A DNA stretch of 64,000 nucleotides from Mobula hypostoma (Eukaryota). The notes below the pieces were generated by a model. It saw only the letters and a list, made by a program, of their open reading frames with translations. It made no database searches and was not told the DNA's origin. Of this stretch, positions 12,563 through 24,527 are shown piece after piece (within the stretch, counting starts at the first letter, position 1; each line of letters begins with the position of its first letter). Location: the NCBI RefSeq assembly GCF_963921235.1, contig NC_086097.1, positions 169,882,001 to 169,946,000 of the forward strand, written 5' to 3'. Made by a program: the position numbers and the translations under genes.

Positions 12563-13462
12563 TGTGACGAGAATACACATAGATTAAGATGTTAGCTGTC
12601 CTGTGCTGGCACCAGTGGGATCAGCAGTTGGTCTTCCACCTGTCTTCAGGAGAAAGAGAGATAAGGAAAACAATGGAGCAGCATTTGGAGATGTCAATGA
12701 AGGGACGGGAGAGTTTAACGGAAGGAGAGCTGTCAAGATCAGCTCCCCCTTTGAACCCTGAACTGTTTGAAGTGATGGACAGGTGATACCCCAGCAGGGG
12801 GATAAAAAGGGACAGGTTCGCTAAGGCAAGACACACACGACATCCCGAGGTAAAGAGACCCTGGAAGCGGTGCGTCTCCCACAAGTCGGTGGGGAGTTTT
12901 GGAAGGCTGGTTGCGGGACCAAGCCATAGACGCACAGGGTGGAAAGGCACGATCAGCAGGAACCTGGTGTGTGTCCGCCCTTGCTTGGGTGCCAGGTTCA
13001 CCGCAGAGAAACGATCGTATCTGGAAATGGAGGAGTCACGGTCGGTGACCTCAGATGACATCACAAAGGGGTCGCCCGAAAGCTGACTGCGCAGAATGTT
13101 GAAGGTCTGTGTGGAAGCCGTTTGAATATTCATTCGTTTTGCTCTCTCTCTCCTTCCCCCCACTGTCCATCGCCACGGCAGCGATTACTGCGAACTGAAC
13201 TGAACTAAATTGAACTGAACTTTGCGTCACTTTGAAACTGGTCATTTACCCCTAGACAACGATAGAGCTTGATTGATCCTGTTATCTTAATTCTGTGTAC
13301 ATGTGTGTTTATCATTGCTGAACTGTTGCATTTATTATCCTTTTGATTAGAGTACTGTGTTGCTTGTTTCTTTAATAAAACTTTCTTAGTTCTAGTAATC
13401 CAGACTCCAACTGAGTGATCCATTTCTGCTGGTTTGACAACCCAGTTACGGGGTACGTAACA
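12563..13462 (+). mobile_element. Solo LTR (900 bp), copy 1
   Basis: TGTGACG...CGTAACA inverted termini, 4-bp TSD CCTG (12559-12562 / 13463-13466), AATAAA near 13374. Homologous end to end with 22516-23408. Confidence 0.9.
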
Positions 13463-14734
13463 CCTGGAACACGTGTACAGCAAGGATACATACATCAGGC
13501 TGCTCTTTATCGACTACAGCTCAGCATTCAATACCATCATTCCCTCAGAACTAATCAAAAGGCTCCAAGTCCTTTGGCTTCAATACCATCTTGTGCAGTT
13601 GGGTGCTAGATTTCCTCAGTTGCAGACCCCAGTCAGTTCAGCTTGGCAACAACAACTCCTCCACAATCTCCATCAGTACAGATGCACCAAAAGGATGTGT
13701 GCTTAGCCCCCGCTTTACTCGCTTTACACTTGGTGACTGTGAGGCTAAACACAGCTCCAATGTCTTATTCAAGTTTGCTGATGACACCACTGTTGTAGGC
13801 CGAGTCAAAAGTGGTGATGATTGAATCACCAGAAAGAAGGGAGAATGAAAATCTGGATAAGTTGACTCATAACAACATCCTATTACTCAATATCAGTAAG
13901 ACCAAAGAACTGATTATTGACTTTAGGAGAAAGAAACCAGAAGTCCATGAGTCAGTCTTCACTGGTGGATCAGAGGTGGAAAGTGTCAGCAATTTTAAAT
14001 TCGTACTATTTTCATTTATCATTTTGGAGAACCAGTCCTGGGCCCAGCGTGTAAGTGCACTTATGAGGAAAGCATAGCAGTGCCTCTACTTCCTTAGCAA
14101 TTTACTGAGATTTGGCATGTCATCTAAAACTTTGACAAACTTTTATAGGTATGTAGTGGACAGTATATTGACTGACAGCATCACAGCCTGATATGAAAAC
14201 ACCGATGCCCTTGAATGGAAAAATCCTACAAAAAGTAATTGATACAGCCCATGATGGGCCAGTAGGCCTGTTTCAATGCTGTACAACTGGAATCTGGAAT
14301 GTATTTTATTATTTGTTCATTTATTTGTGTTAATACTACTTTATATGTTGTGTGTGAGCTGTGTACTGTGTTGTGCACCTTGGTTCAGAGGAATGTTTGG
14401 CAGTATACATGTATACAGTTGAATGAAAATAAACTTGAACTTGACCTCTGTGACCCTATCGCTCCATGACTTGAAGTTGATGGAGAAGTTCAGTCACGTG
14501 CTTTTTTAACCTATGGACAGGATTGAAAGGGGTTTGTTTCTATGCTGTGTCCAAAAAACCCTCTCAGACACAAAAGAGGCAGAGTAGGTATTTATCAATG
14601 GCATTGTATTGTTCTTCTACTTAATGACTAAATGTCACTGTAAAATGAACAATCCACTTAATAGCAGTCCTTTGTTGCTTTGAAATAGCTCTTGAAATAG
14701 AATTTTCTTTTCATTCTAGACAATAAACTCCACA

Positions 14735-15435
14735 GCAACACACACAAAATGCTGGAGGAACTCAGCAGGTCAGGCAGCATCTATGCAACTTTATAAACAG
14801 TTGACATTTTGGGCCAAGACCCTTCATCCGGACTGGAAAGGAGGGGGAAGACACCACAATAAAAAAGATGGGGGGGGGGAGGGGAAGGAGACTACTAGAA
14901 GGTGATAGGTAAAGCCAAGTTGGTGGGAAAGGTAATGGGCTGGAGAGGAAGGAATGTGATTGGAGAGGAGAGTGGAGCACAGGAGAAAGGGAAGGGGAAG
15001 GGGACCCTGGGGTAAGTGATATCAGGTGAGAAATGGTAAAAGGTCAGAGTGTGGAATTGAAGAAGAGGAGAGGGGGAGGGAAAATGTTTTACCAGAAGGA
15101 GAAATCAATATTCATGCCATCAGGTTGGAGGGTACCCAGACGGAATATAAGATGTTGCTCCTCCACCATGATGGTGGCCTTATCTTGGCGCAAGAGGAGG
15201 TCATGGGCTGACATGTTGGAATGGGAATGGGAAGTGGAATTAAATTGTTTGGTCACCATGAAGTTCTGCTTTTGGAGGAAGGAGCACAGGGGCTTGATGA
15301 AGCAGTTCCCCAGTTTATGATGGGTCTTACCAGTGTAGGGAAGGCCACATTGGGAATACTGGACACAATAGGCAACCCCAGCAGATTCGCTGGTGAAGTG
15401 CTGCCTCACCTAGAAGAGCCGTTTAGGGCCTGGAA
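14735..15435 (-). mobile_element. Penelope-like element 3' fragment
   Basis: ORF 15089-15409 (RQHFTSESAGVAYC...EEQHLIFRLGTLQPDGMNIDFS), with the terminal repeat and a decayed hammerhead at 14798-14835. Confidence 0.85.
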
Positions 15436-16279
15436 TAGGGGTGGGGGGGGCGAGCGAGTCAAGCATAGCACTTAGGAGTCAGAGGTCCAAGGTCCGCATT
15501 GCCCCTAGAATGATGGCTGGTGATCCCAGAGGTCAGCGAGTCCTGAAGTTGGAGGTTTGAGGTTGGTGAGGAGGTCTTGAGGTCAGAGGCCTGTGATCAG
15601 CAAGACTTAGGATTGAGGTCCAAAGGTCAGTGAGTCTGGAGATCGAAGCCTGAGTTTGGTGAATCCACAGGTCAAAGCCCAAAGGATGAAATCCTAGATT
15701 GCCCAAATCTGATGGTTGAAGGCCTGATGTCTGCAAGAGTGGAGCTACAGCCTGGAGGCAGCATGTTGTGGGGGAGAGGGAAAGGGATTTGCTTTGTTGT
15801 TGTCACTTGGTGTATGTTGGCTGTGTGTTGTCCTGCTGAACATGGTGGGCATCTTGGTTGTCATGGACCTATTGGGATAATGGGCTATTTTCATGCTGCG
15901 TGACTCTGTGAATCTATGATGGAAAAGGCAGAAAGAAGTTTATTTTTTAAAAATAGTGACAGATTATCAGGAGCTGTGTGACATACAAAAACCTTTAGAA
16001 GTTAACACGCAGATACAGCAGGCAATTATGATATCAAATTGGTACATTAGCATTGGAAACCAGTGCAAGGTGCAGACATTTGACTCTACCACCACCTTCT
16101 CTTAACCTCGTTACTTGCTTTAAATCGCTTCTGCGACTCCCAACTAATTATCAGGAGAAGCTAGTGTCTTTGATTGCCACATCCAGCTGTTCTCGAGCTC
16201 CTGACTGCATCCCTTTCCCTGGCAACTGTTTCAGACTGAACAATTGTTTTCAAGCTTAGTGTTTAATTATATTCTGAAA

Positions 16280-16550
16280 TGACCTTTGCATCCTGTATCC
16301 ATGACAACAAAAATGACGGCCTACATCCATCTCTGTAACTCTGAATCTGATCCTGCTTTGGGGCACCTGCTGGAGTAATCTTCATCCATGTAAGGCTTAA
16401 CTATTCCGAGTCCGTTTCTATCCTCTCTTCAAGCCTGCGCTTATCCAAAAGACTGCTGTTTATGTCCTAACTCTGTCCAGTGTACCAGTCACTCTAGCAC
16501 TTGTCATTATAGCAACACTTTGATTTTCAAATTGTCATCCTTATTTGCAA
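16280..16550 (+). mobile_element. Ancient L2-like LINE remnant
   Basis: Weak resemblance to L2 C-terminal motifs (RLNYS, IQKTA). Confidence 0.35.
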
Positions 16551-16689
16551 AATACCACATACTTTTACTTCTCCCTCCCTCCGAATGTAACAAAAGATCT
16601 GCATAAAGATCTCAGTAGATTGAGCAACATCTGTGTGTGCGTGTGTGTGTGTGGGGGGGATGAATTGTCAATATTTTGGGTTGAAATCT

Positions 16690-16937
16690 TACTTTTGGAC
16701 ATTTTTTGCAACAGGGAGTTCCTTTCCCCCCACAGGTCTGTTCTTTATCAAATTATGGTATTGCTTTGCACTGTTGTAACTATATGTTATAATTATGTGG
16801 TTTTTGTCAGTTTTTCAGTCTTGGTTTGTCTTGCGTTTCTGTGATATCGTTCTGGAGGAACATTGTATCATTTCTTAATGCATGCATTACTAAATGACAA
16901 TAAAAGAGGACTGCGTGTCCTCATAATCTAATCTAAT
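16690..16937 (+). mobile_element. 3' fragment of a non-coding element with (ATCTA)n tail
   Basis: Matches 48560-48800 and the reverse complement of 47061-47290. Confidence 0.8.
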
Positions 16938-18472
16938 AAGGTGCTGCTCCATCCACTGAGCTCCCCCTGACAAACTGTTTGTAGCTCTGGATTCCAGCAT
17001 TTGCAATCTCTTGTCTCCCCATTGTCCTCTGAATAATTTGTCACTATCCAGTCCTGGTCTCTTCAGTGGTTCAGTCCCGATGAAGGGTCTCAACCCAAAC
17101 CGTTAACTGCCCCTTTTCCTCCACAGATGCTGTCTGATCTTCTGAGTTTCTCCTGATCTTTGTGTATTACTCCAGAGTACAATATCTATCTTGTGTCTCG
17201 GGTTTACCAGCCACTCCACAGATGGAAATCAGAACTTATACCGCCAACAACCTTAAGCTCCTAAATAAGTGTTTATACATCATTGCCTCTCTTCCCTCCT
17301 TGAAAATGCTCCTTTGTAATTCCTCAACCAAGATTGGGCTATTCATATTAATCCCTTTTACCAACACTTGGTCCATAGCCTTCCATGCCTGGTGAGTGAA
17401 GTGATTGTCAAGACACCGTGAAGTGTTGTGAATATCTCTGCCTCGACTCAGCCAGGGTGTTCCAGATTCCAACCACACTCTGGGTGAAAACATTCTTTGG
17501 CAGATTCCTTACCCTACACCTGTGCCTTCAGATATGTTATATAATCAGAACTGAGAAGAGAGTGTTACAAGGGCTTGACAGCCTGAGTTACAGGGAGCGG
17601 TTGGGCATGCGAGGCCTTCTGATTTATGATGGTGTGGGTGAAGCCCAGCGACTACTTACTGGCAGAAAACAAAACTAAACTACAGAATACAACTAAATAC
17701 TTTATTAATAGCACTTCTTCTTGTAAAATTTCTGGTAAGTGATCATTGCAAACAGTGGAAAGGCGAGCAAAGGTGAGGCTGAGTTAAGGCTCGAAGCATA
17801 TGGGTAGGAGGTGAAGTCGAGGCATATTTGAGGCAAAATCGGGGTGAGCGGAGCAGAGGAGAGGCAGATTTGAAGCCCGTCCACCTAAGCCTGCTTTGGG
17901 ATCTGTGATGCTTACTGGGCTCTGCGCTGAACTGACACTGTGGCCTGCTCCAGGCTTTGTGTCTATGGACTCACTTTTGTTTTGAATGCTATTTGCCTAC
18001 TTTTATTGTTTGCATGATTTGTTTTTTTCTCTCTCTGCACATTGGGCATTTGACGGTCTTCTTCTTTTTATGGGTTCTTTTGGGTTTCTTTGTTTTGTGG
18101 CTGCCTGTAAGGAGACAAATCTCAAGTTTGTATAATGTATACATCGGTAATAAATGTACTTTGAACTGAACTTTATTCCTTGAAATGTTGGAGACCTTAC
18201 CGAAGCGTATAAAACACAAGGGGTGTTGATAGGGTGAATGTACACTGTTGTTTTCCCAGTGAAGGAGAGCTGAAAACTAGAGGCTATATGCTTAAGGCGA
18301 GGGGAGAAAGGTTTACAAGGGACTTGCGGGGCAACTTCAGAGTGTATATAGAACACTGCCAGAGGAAGTGGTTGGGGCATGTACGATAATAACATTTAAT
18401 AGGCACTTGAATGAGTGCAGGGGTAGGAAGGATTCTGAGGGATATAGCCCAAATGTGATAGAGTGGACAGCC

Positions 18473-18965
18473 AACACAAAATGCTGGAGGAGCTCAGCAG
18501 CATCTATGGAAAAAAGTACTGGTGTTTTGGACTGAGACACTTCGACATTGTGGGAAAGGGAGAGGGGTGAGGGTGAGACAGCGGTGTAGGGCAGTGGGGG
18601 GGTGTAGGGGGAAGGGGAGGGGGAGGGGAGAGGTGGGTAGGGAGCAAGTGAGAGTGGGGGGAGAACGAGAGGGAGTGGAAAGAGGAGGAAGAGTTCTGCT
18701 GAAGGTTTTAGGCTCGAAACGTCGAGCAAGGGAGAGACAAAGAGAGTGAGGGAATGAGGGAGAGAGGGAGAAAGGGAGAGGAAGAGGGGGTGGAGAGGAG
18801 GGAAGCAAGTGAGAGAGGAGAGAGAGGGGGAAGAGGAGGAAGAGTTCTGATGAAGGGTTTAGGCTCGAAACATCGACCTGACTCTTTTACATAGATGCTA
18901 CCTGACCTGCTGAGTTCCTCCAACATTTGTGTGTGTTGCTTGGATTTCCAACAACTGCAGGTTTT
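18473..18965. repeat. Fold-back Penelope terminal-repeat pair enclosing a purine-rich tandem duplication with two hammerhead motifs
   Basis: ACACAAAATGCTGGAGGAGCTCAGCAG at ~18474 is inverted relative to CTGCTGAGTTCCTCCAACATTTGTGT at ~18907. Hammerhead cores start at 18696 and 18847. Confidence 0.75.
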
Positions 18966-19689
18966 CTCGTGTTTGTGATCAATCCAGTGAAAATGTGTAA
19001 CACTGACCCAAGGTGTGGAGATCAAGTAAGGTATGGTCACAGCGACCACCATTGTTACAACACAGCTATTTGTGACTTCTTTGAGTGCACTTTTGGAAAC
19101 AGATGGAATTTAAATGCTCTAGTACTCCGAATGATCATGTGAATGTTGCCTAATTGCTCAGCTAGATAGTAAAAATAATTCCCATTGATCCATTGGTGAT
19201 TTTCTTCCATTAATAATGTTTCTTCTTTTTGTATAATACAAACTGCTGGTTGCAATGGCAGACTCCATAGTGGGTTCTGTTTCCCAGTTCTGTTTGACAA
19301 TCTGAAAAGTCAATGCATTTTTCTATTTTGGTTTTAACTTCCAGCACCTGACATTTGTGTGATATTTATTTTTCCAGTCTCATATCCCTGTCTTACAAGG
19401 AACCTAACCGATTCTGGTGATATTCCACTGATTATGGGGTTTCAACTGTAAAAACGAGCCTCTAACCACAACTGTAAGCCTTCTACTACCAAACCAATTT
19501 CAGATTCAATTTGTCTAATAGCTTATCTCTGGATTCAATGGACACTTACCCTCATGACTATCATAAACAAGAGTATCCTGACAGGTTGCATCATGGTCCG
19601 GTATGGCTATTCAAATGGATAGGAATGTAAGGATAGTGGATTCAGCGCATACCTCAGGGGCACATCCTTCTCCACCATCGGTGGTATCT

Positions 19690-20880
19690 CCAAGTTCAAA
19701 GTATATTTATTATCAAAGTACATATACGTCACTGTATACAACCCTGAAATTCATTTTCTTGTGGGCATACTCAATAAATCCATAATAGAACCAATGAAAG
19801 ACCAGACCAACTTGAACATTTATCTAGTGTGCAAAAGACATCAAGCTGTACAAATGCAAAAGAAAGAAATACAACTAATAAATAAATAAATAAGCATTAA
19901 ACATTGAAAACACAAGATGACAAGCCCTTGAAAGTGGGTCCATTGGTTGTGGGAACATTTCAGTGATAGGGCAAGTGAAATTGAGTTAAGTTATCCCCTT
20001 TGGTTCAAGGGCTGATGGTTGAGGGGTAATAACTGTTCCTGAACCTGGTGGTGAGAGTCCTGAGGCTCCTGTACCTTTCTCCTGATGGCAGCAGCTAGAA
20101 GAGAACATGATCTGGGTGGTGGGGGTCCCTGATGATGGGTGCTACATTCCTGCATGTAGATGTGCTCAGTAGTGGGGAGGGCTTTACCCATGATGGACTG
20201 CTCTCTTTTCACTGCTTTTTGTAGGACTTTCTAGTCAAGGGTATTGGTGTTTCCATACCAGGTTGTGATACAGACAGTCAATATACGCTCCACCACATTT
20301 TTATAGAAGTTTGTCAAAGTTTTAGCTGGCATGCCAAGTCTTCACTAACTCACAAGGAAGTAGAGGTGCTGCTGTGCTTTCTTCATAATTGTACTTACGT
20401 GCTGGGCCCAGGAAAGGTCCTCCAAAATGATAACACAGAGGAACTTAAAATTGCTGACTCTCTCCACCTCTGATCTTCCAATGAGGACTGTCTCGTGGTC
20501 CTCTGGTTTCCTCCTCCTGAAGTCAATAATTAGTTCCTTAGTCTTGCTGACATTGAGTAAGAGATTGTTGTTGTGGCACTACTCAGCCAGATTTTCCATC
20601 TCCCTCCTATATGCTGAATCATCACTACCTTTGAATTGGTCTAGGGCAGTGTTGTCAGCAAACTTGAATATGGCATTGGAGTTGTGTTTAGCCAGTTATA
20701 AGTGTAAATCGAGTAGAGCAGGGAGCTAAGCACACAACCTTGTGGTGCACCTGTACTGATAGAGATTGTGGAGGAGATGTTGTTGCCAATCCAATCTGAC
20801 TGAGGTCTGCAAGTGAGGAAACCAAGGATCCAATTGCACAGGGCGGTATGGAGGCCAAGGTCCTGAAGCTTATTGATTTC
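19690..20880 (-). mobile_element. Rex1/Babar LINE 3' portion
   Basis: The reverse complement encodes PQGCVLS, KFADNTA and LPSGERYRSL-type motifs, plus the 3' UTR. Confidence 0.85.
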
Positions 20881-21124
20881 AATGGAATATATAGGAGAAG
20901 CTGCTTAAAAGCGGTAACAACTACCGTCTGGGCTATGTCATCTTCTTGCAGCTACCATCACGCAGGAGGTACAGAAGCTTGAAGTCCCACAGCACCAGTT
21001 TCAAGATCAGCTACTTCCCTTCAACCACTTGGCTCTTGAAGCACCCTGCACAACCCTTATCATCACCTCAGGACAGCAACACATGACTGCTTTGAAATAC
21101 AATAGACTTTGTGTTTGCTGTCCT

Positions 21125-21790
21125 AAGGCAAATTAGGATGGATAAATTCCCAGTCCCTGTGGGAGTCAAGTGCAGAAGTTGCAGGGACCTTAGAAGAGAT
21201 ATTTAAATCATCCTTAGTGACAGGTGAGGTACCAGAGGATTGGAGTATAGCTAATGTTACTCCACTGTTTAAGAAAGGCTCTAAACATAAATCAGGAAAT
21301 TATAGGCCGGTAAGCCTGACATCAGTAGTGAGAAAGTTATTGGAAGGTATTCTAAGGGACTGGATATATGAGTATTTGGATAGAAAGGGACTGATTCGGG
21401 ATAATCAGCATGGATTGTGTATGGTAGGTCGTGTTTAACCAATCTTATAGAGATTTTTGAGGAAGTTATCAGAAATGTTGATGAAGGCAAGGCAGTGAAT
21501 GTTGTGTACATGGACTTTAGCAAGGCATTTGACAAGGTCCTGCATGCGGGGGTTGGTCAGGAAGGTTCAGTTGCTTGGCATTCAAGATGAGGTAGGAAAT
21601 TGGATTAAATATTGGCTTTGTGGGACAAGCCAGAGAGTGATGGTAGATAGTTGCCTCTCTGACTGGAGTCCTGTGACTAGTGGATTGTCTCAGGGACCAG
21701 TGCTGGTCTGTTATTGTTTGCCAACTATATCAATGAGCTGGATGATAATGTGGTTAACAGGATCAGAAAATTTGCAGATGACACTGAAGT
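21125..21790 (+). mobile_element. CR1 LINE internal RT fragment
   Basis: VPEDWSIANVTPLFKKG...GNYRPVSLTSVV; YMDFSKAFDK. Confidence 0.88.
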
Positions 21791-22370
21791 CTCACACCAG
21801 TAGGGTTATGCAAGTCGGTTAAAGATGCAAATTGTTGAAAGAAAGTACATGTTCTTGAACAGGCACTGGGAATTGAAAGTAAAATGGAGGGTTATGGACT
21901 GTGTAGGAGAGAAGGATTAAATTGATCATGAAATTAAATATGACCATCCGGCATTCAATACTATCATCCCCTCAAAACTAATAAATAAGCTTCAAGACCT
22001 TGGCCTCAATACCTCCTTGTGTAATTGAATCCTCGGTTCAGATTGGCAACAAAATCTTCTCCACAATGTTCATCTGCACAGTTGCACCACAAGGCTGTGT
22101 GCTTAGCTCCCTGCTCTGCTCACTTTACACTTATAACTGTGTGGTTAAGCACAGCTCCAATGCCATATTTAAGTTTGCTGACATCACCACTGTCATTGAC
22201 CAAACCAAACATGGTAATGACTCTGCATATAGAAGGGAGATGAAAATCTGGCTGAGTGGTGCCACACCAATCACCTCTCGCTCAAAGTCAGCGAGAACAA
22301 GGAGCTGATTATTGACTTCAGGAGGAAGAAGTCGGAGGCCCATGAGTCATTCCTCAGCGGGGGATCACAG

Positions 22371-23565
22371 GTCATGGCACGGTAGCACAGTGGTTAGCAC
22401 AATGCTTTATGGTGCCAACAACCCGGGTTCATTTCCCACCACTGTTAGGAGTTTGTACATTCTCCCTGCGACCGAGTGGGGTTCCTCCGGGTGCTCTGGT
22501 TTCCTCCTACAGTCCTGTGACGAGAATACACATAAATTAAGATGTTTGCTGGCCTGGGCTAGCACCAGTGGCATCAGCAGTTGGTCTGCCACCTGTCCTC
22601 AGGGGAGGGAGAGATAAGGAACACAATGAAGCAGCATTTGGAGATGTTAATGAAGGAGCCATCAGTCTGGGTATTGTCAAGATCGGCTCCCCCTTTGAAC
22701 CCTGAACTGTTTGAAGTGTGATGGACAGGCGATACCCCAGCAGGGGGGATAAAAAGGGACAGGTTCGCTAAGGCAGGACACACACGACACCACGAGGTAA
22801 CGAGACCCTGGAAGCGGTGTCCCCCCCCCCCCCCGCAAGTCGGCGGGAGTCGTTTGGAAGGCTGGTTGCGGAACCAAGCCTTAGACGCACAGGGTGGAAA
22901 GGTACGATCAGCGGGAACCCGGTGTGTGTCCGCCCTTGCCTGGGTGCCGGGTTCACTGCAGAGGATCGACCGCATCTGGAGGAGGGGTCACAGTCGGTGA
23001 CCTCAGGTGACATCACAAAGGACTTGCCCGAAAGCTGCTTGTGAGCAATATCGCAGGTCTGTGAGTGGAAGCCATTTTGAATGATCATTCGTTCTTGTTC
23101 TCTCTCTCCTTCCCCCCACATTGTCCATCGCCATGGCAACGATTACTGCGAACTGAACTAAATTGAACTGGACTTTGTGTCACTTTGAAATTGGTCGTTT
23201 ACCCCTAGACAATGATAGAGCTTGATTGATCCTGTTATCTTAATTCTGTGCACGTGTGTTTATCATTGCTGAACTGTTGCATTTATTATCCTTTCGATTA
23301 CTGTGTTGCTTGTTTCTTTAATAAAACTTTCTTAGATCTAGTAATCCAGACTCCAACTGAGTGATCCATTTCTGCTCGTTTGGCAACCCAGTTACAGGGT
23401 ACGTAACAGTCCAAAGACGTACCGGCTGGTATGTTAATTAGTCATTGTAAATTATTCCATGATTAGGCTAGGATTAAATGGGGGATTACTGGGAGGCGTG
23501 GCTCGAAGGGCTGGAAGGGTTTATTCTGTACTGCACCTCAACAAACAAACAAACAAATAAATAAA
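22371..23565 (+). mobile_element. tRNA-derived SINE (V-SINE/HE1-like) split by a solo LTR
   Basis: GGCACGGTAGCACAGTGGTTAGC head, GGGTTCATTTCCC B-box-like site, core GGTTCCTCCGGGTGCTCTGGTTTCCTCCTACAGTCC|AAAGACGT, (AAAC/AAAT)n tail. Relatives at ~50109, ~53970 and ~61220. Confidence 0.8.
22516..23408 (+). mobile_element. Solo LTR (893 bp), copy 2
   Basis: Same termini TGTGACG...CGTAACA. 4-bp TSD GTCC (22512-22515 / 23409-23412). Confidence 0.9.
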
Positions 23566-23682
23566 GGTGCTGAGGGTCGGCAACCTTAAGTTCCTCAATC
23601 TTATCATTTCAGAAGATGTTTTCTGGGCCCAGCACGCAAGTACCATTATGAAGAAAGCATGATAGTGTCTCTACTTCCTAGG

Positions 23683-24527
23683 TAGATAGATAGATATACT
23701 TTATTGATCCCAAGGGAAATTGGGTTTCGTTACAGCCGCACCAACCAAGAATAGAGCATAAATATAGCAATACAAAATCCACAATCAAACAACAAAATGC
23801 AAACTATGCCAGATGGAAATAAGTCCAGGACCAGCCTGTTGACTCAGGGTGTCTGACCCTCCACGGGAGGAGCTGCAAAGTTCGATGTCCACAGACAGGA
23901 ACAACCTCCCATGCCGCCCAGTGTTGTATCTCGGTGGAATATGGCCGAAGTCCAACAGTAAAAAGTTCAATATCCAGTGTGCAAACACGTTCCTCGATCG
24001 TAATATGACGCGGATTGCACCATCTGTTGTTAACCAGAACAGCAAACACCCAACTCCTTTACGCTTACTGCTCTCAGTGCACTTCTGGTCAGCCCGAACG
24101 GTCTGGAAGCCCTCTATGGAGAAGTTTTGATCGGGTATGTCCTCATGCAGCCCCGTTCCAGTGAAACACATAACACTGCACTCCCGAAATGTTCTCCGAC
24201 GTCTGGCTAGCGCCATGAACTCATCCATTTTATTACCCACTGAACTCCTCTTCTCCATAAGTCTCTGTTGTCTTGACCCGGTCCTCTTTCCTCGACTTTG
24301 TGATCCCCTTCTGCATCCTCTGTTTGTTTTCCTCCAGATTTCAGCAGAGGTGTCCGCCGCTCTGCTCGCTAAACCGGCCGGCATAAGCTCAATCAGCTTA
24401 TATGCAACCATACTGCTGCCCTGCTAATGAGACGTGTCGGAATGTAACTATTTCCAGCGCTAAAAACCCAAATAAAACTCTCTCTACCAGCATGTTAGAG
24501 AGGGTGCAGCTTCGACGTGTTACCGTG
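23683..24527 (-). mobile_element. Internally deleted Rex1-family element (5' UTR and APE start fused to the 3' end)
   Basis: SVGNKMDEF...ECSVMCFT...VNNRWCNP...VGLRPY is joined at ~23940 to sequence homologous to 52287-52520. (CTAT)n tail on the minus strand. Confidence 0.78.

Larger units (their letters stand above)
10330..14260 (+). mobile_element. Long degenerate Rex1/Babar LINE (APE and RT), interrupted by a SINE and a solo LTR
   Basis: PPLPSILLANVQSLE (APE start), [46 protein letters not shown]. The RT segment appears twice (~11980-12215 and ~12240-12500), suggesting two fused copies. Confidence 0.88.

Noticed and set aside
12589..13245. ORFs up to 180 aa inside the solo LTRs
   Set aside because: Reading frames are not preserved between the two LTR copies and show no protein motifs.
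18990..19300. Unique-sequence ORFs with Cys motifs (e.g. CCNNGGRC on the minus strand)
   Set aside because: In-frame stops lie adjacent and there is no consistent exon structure.
12563..23408. One 10.8-kb provirus bounded by the two 900-bp LTRs
   Set aside because: Each LTR has its own TSD, and the interval has no gag/pol.
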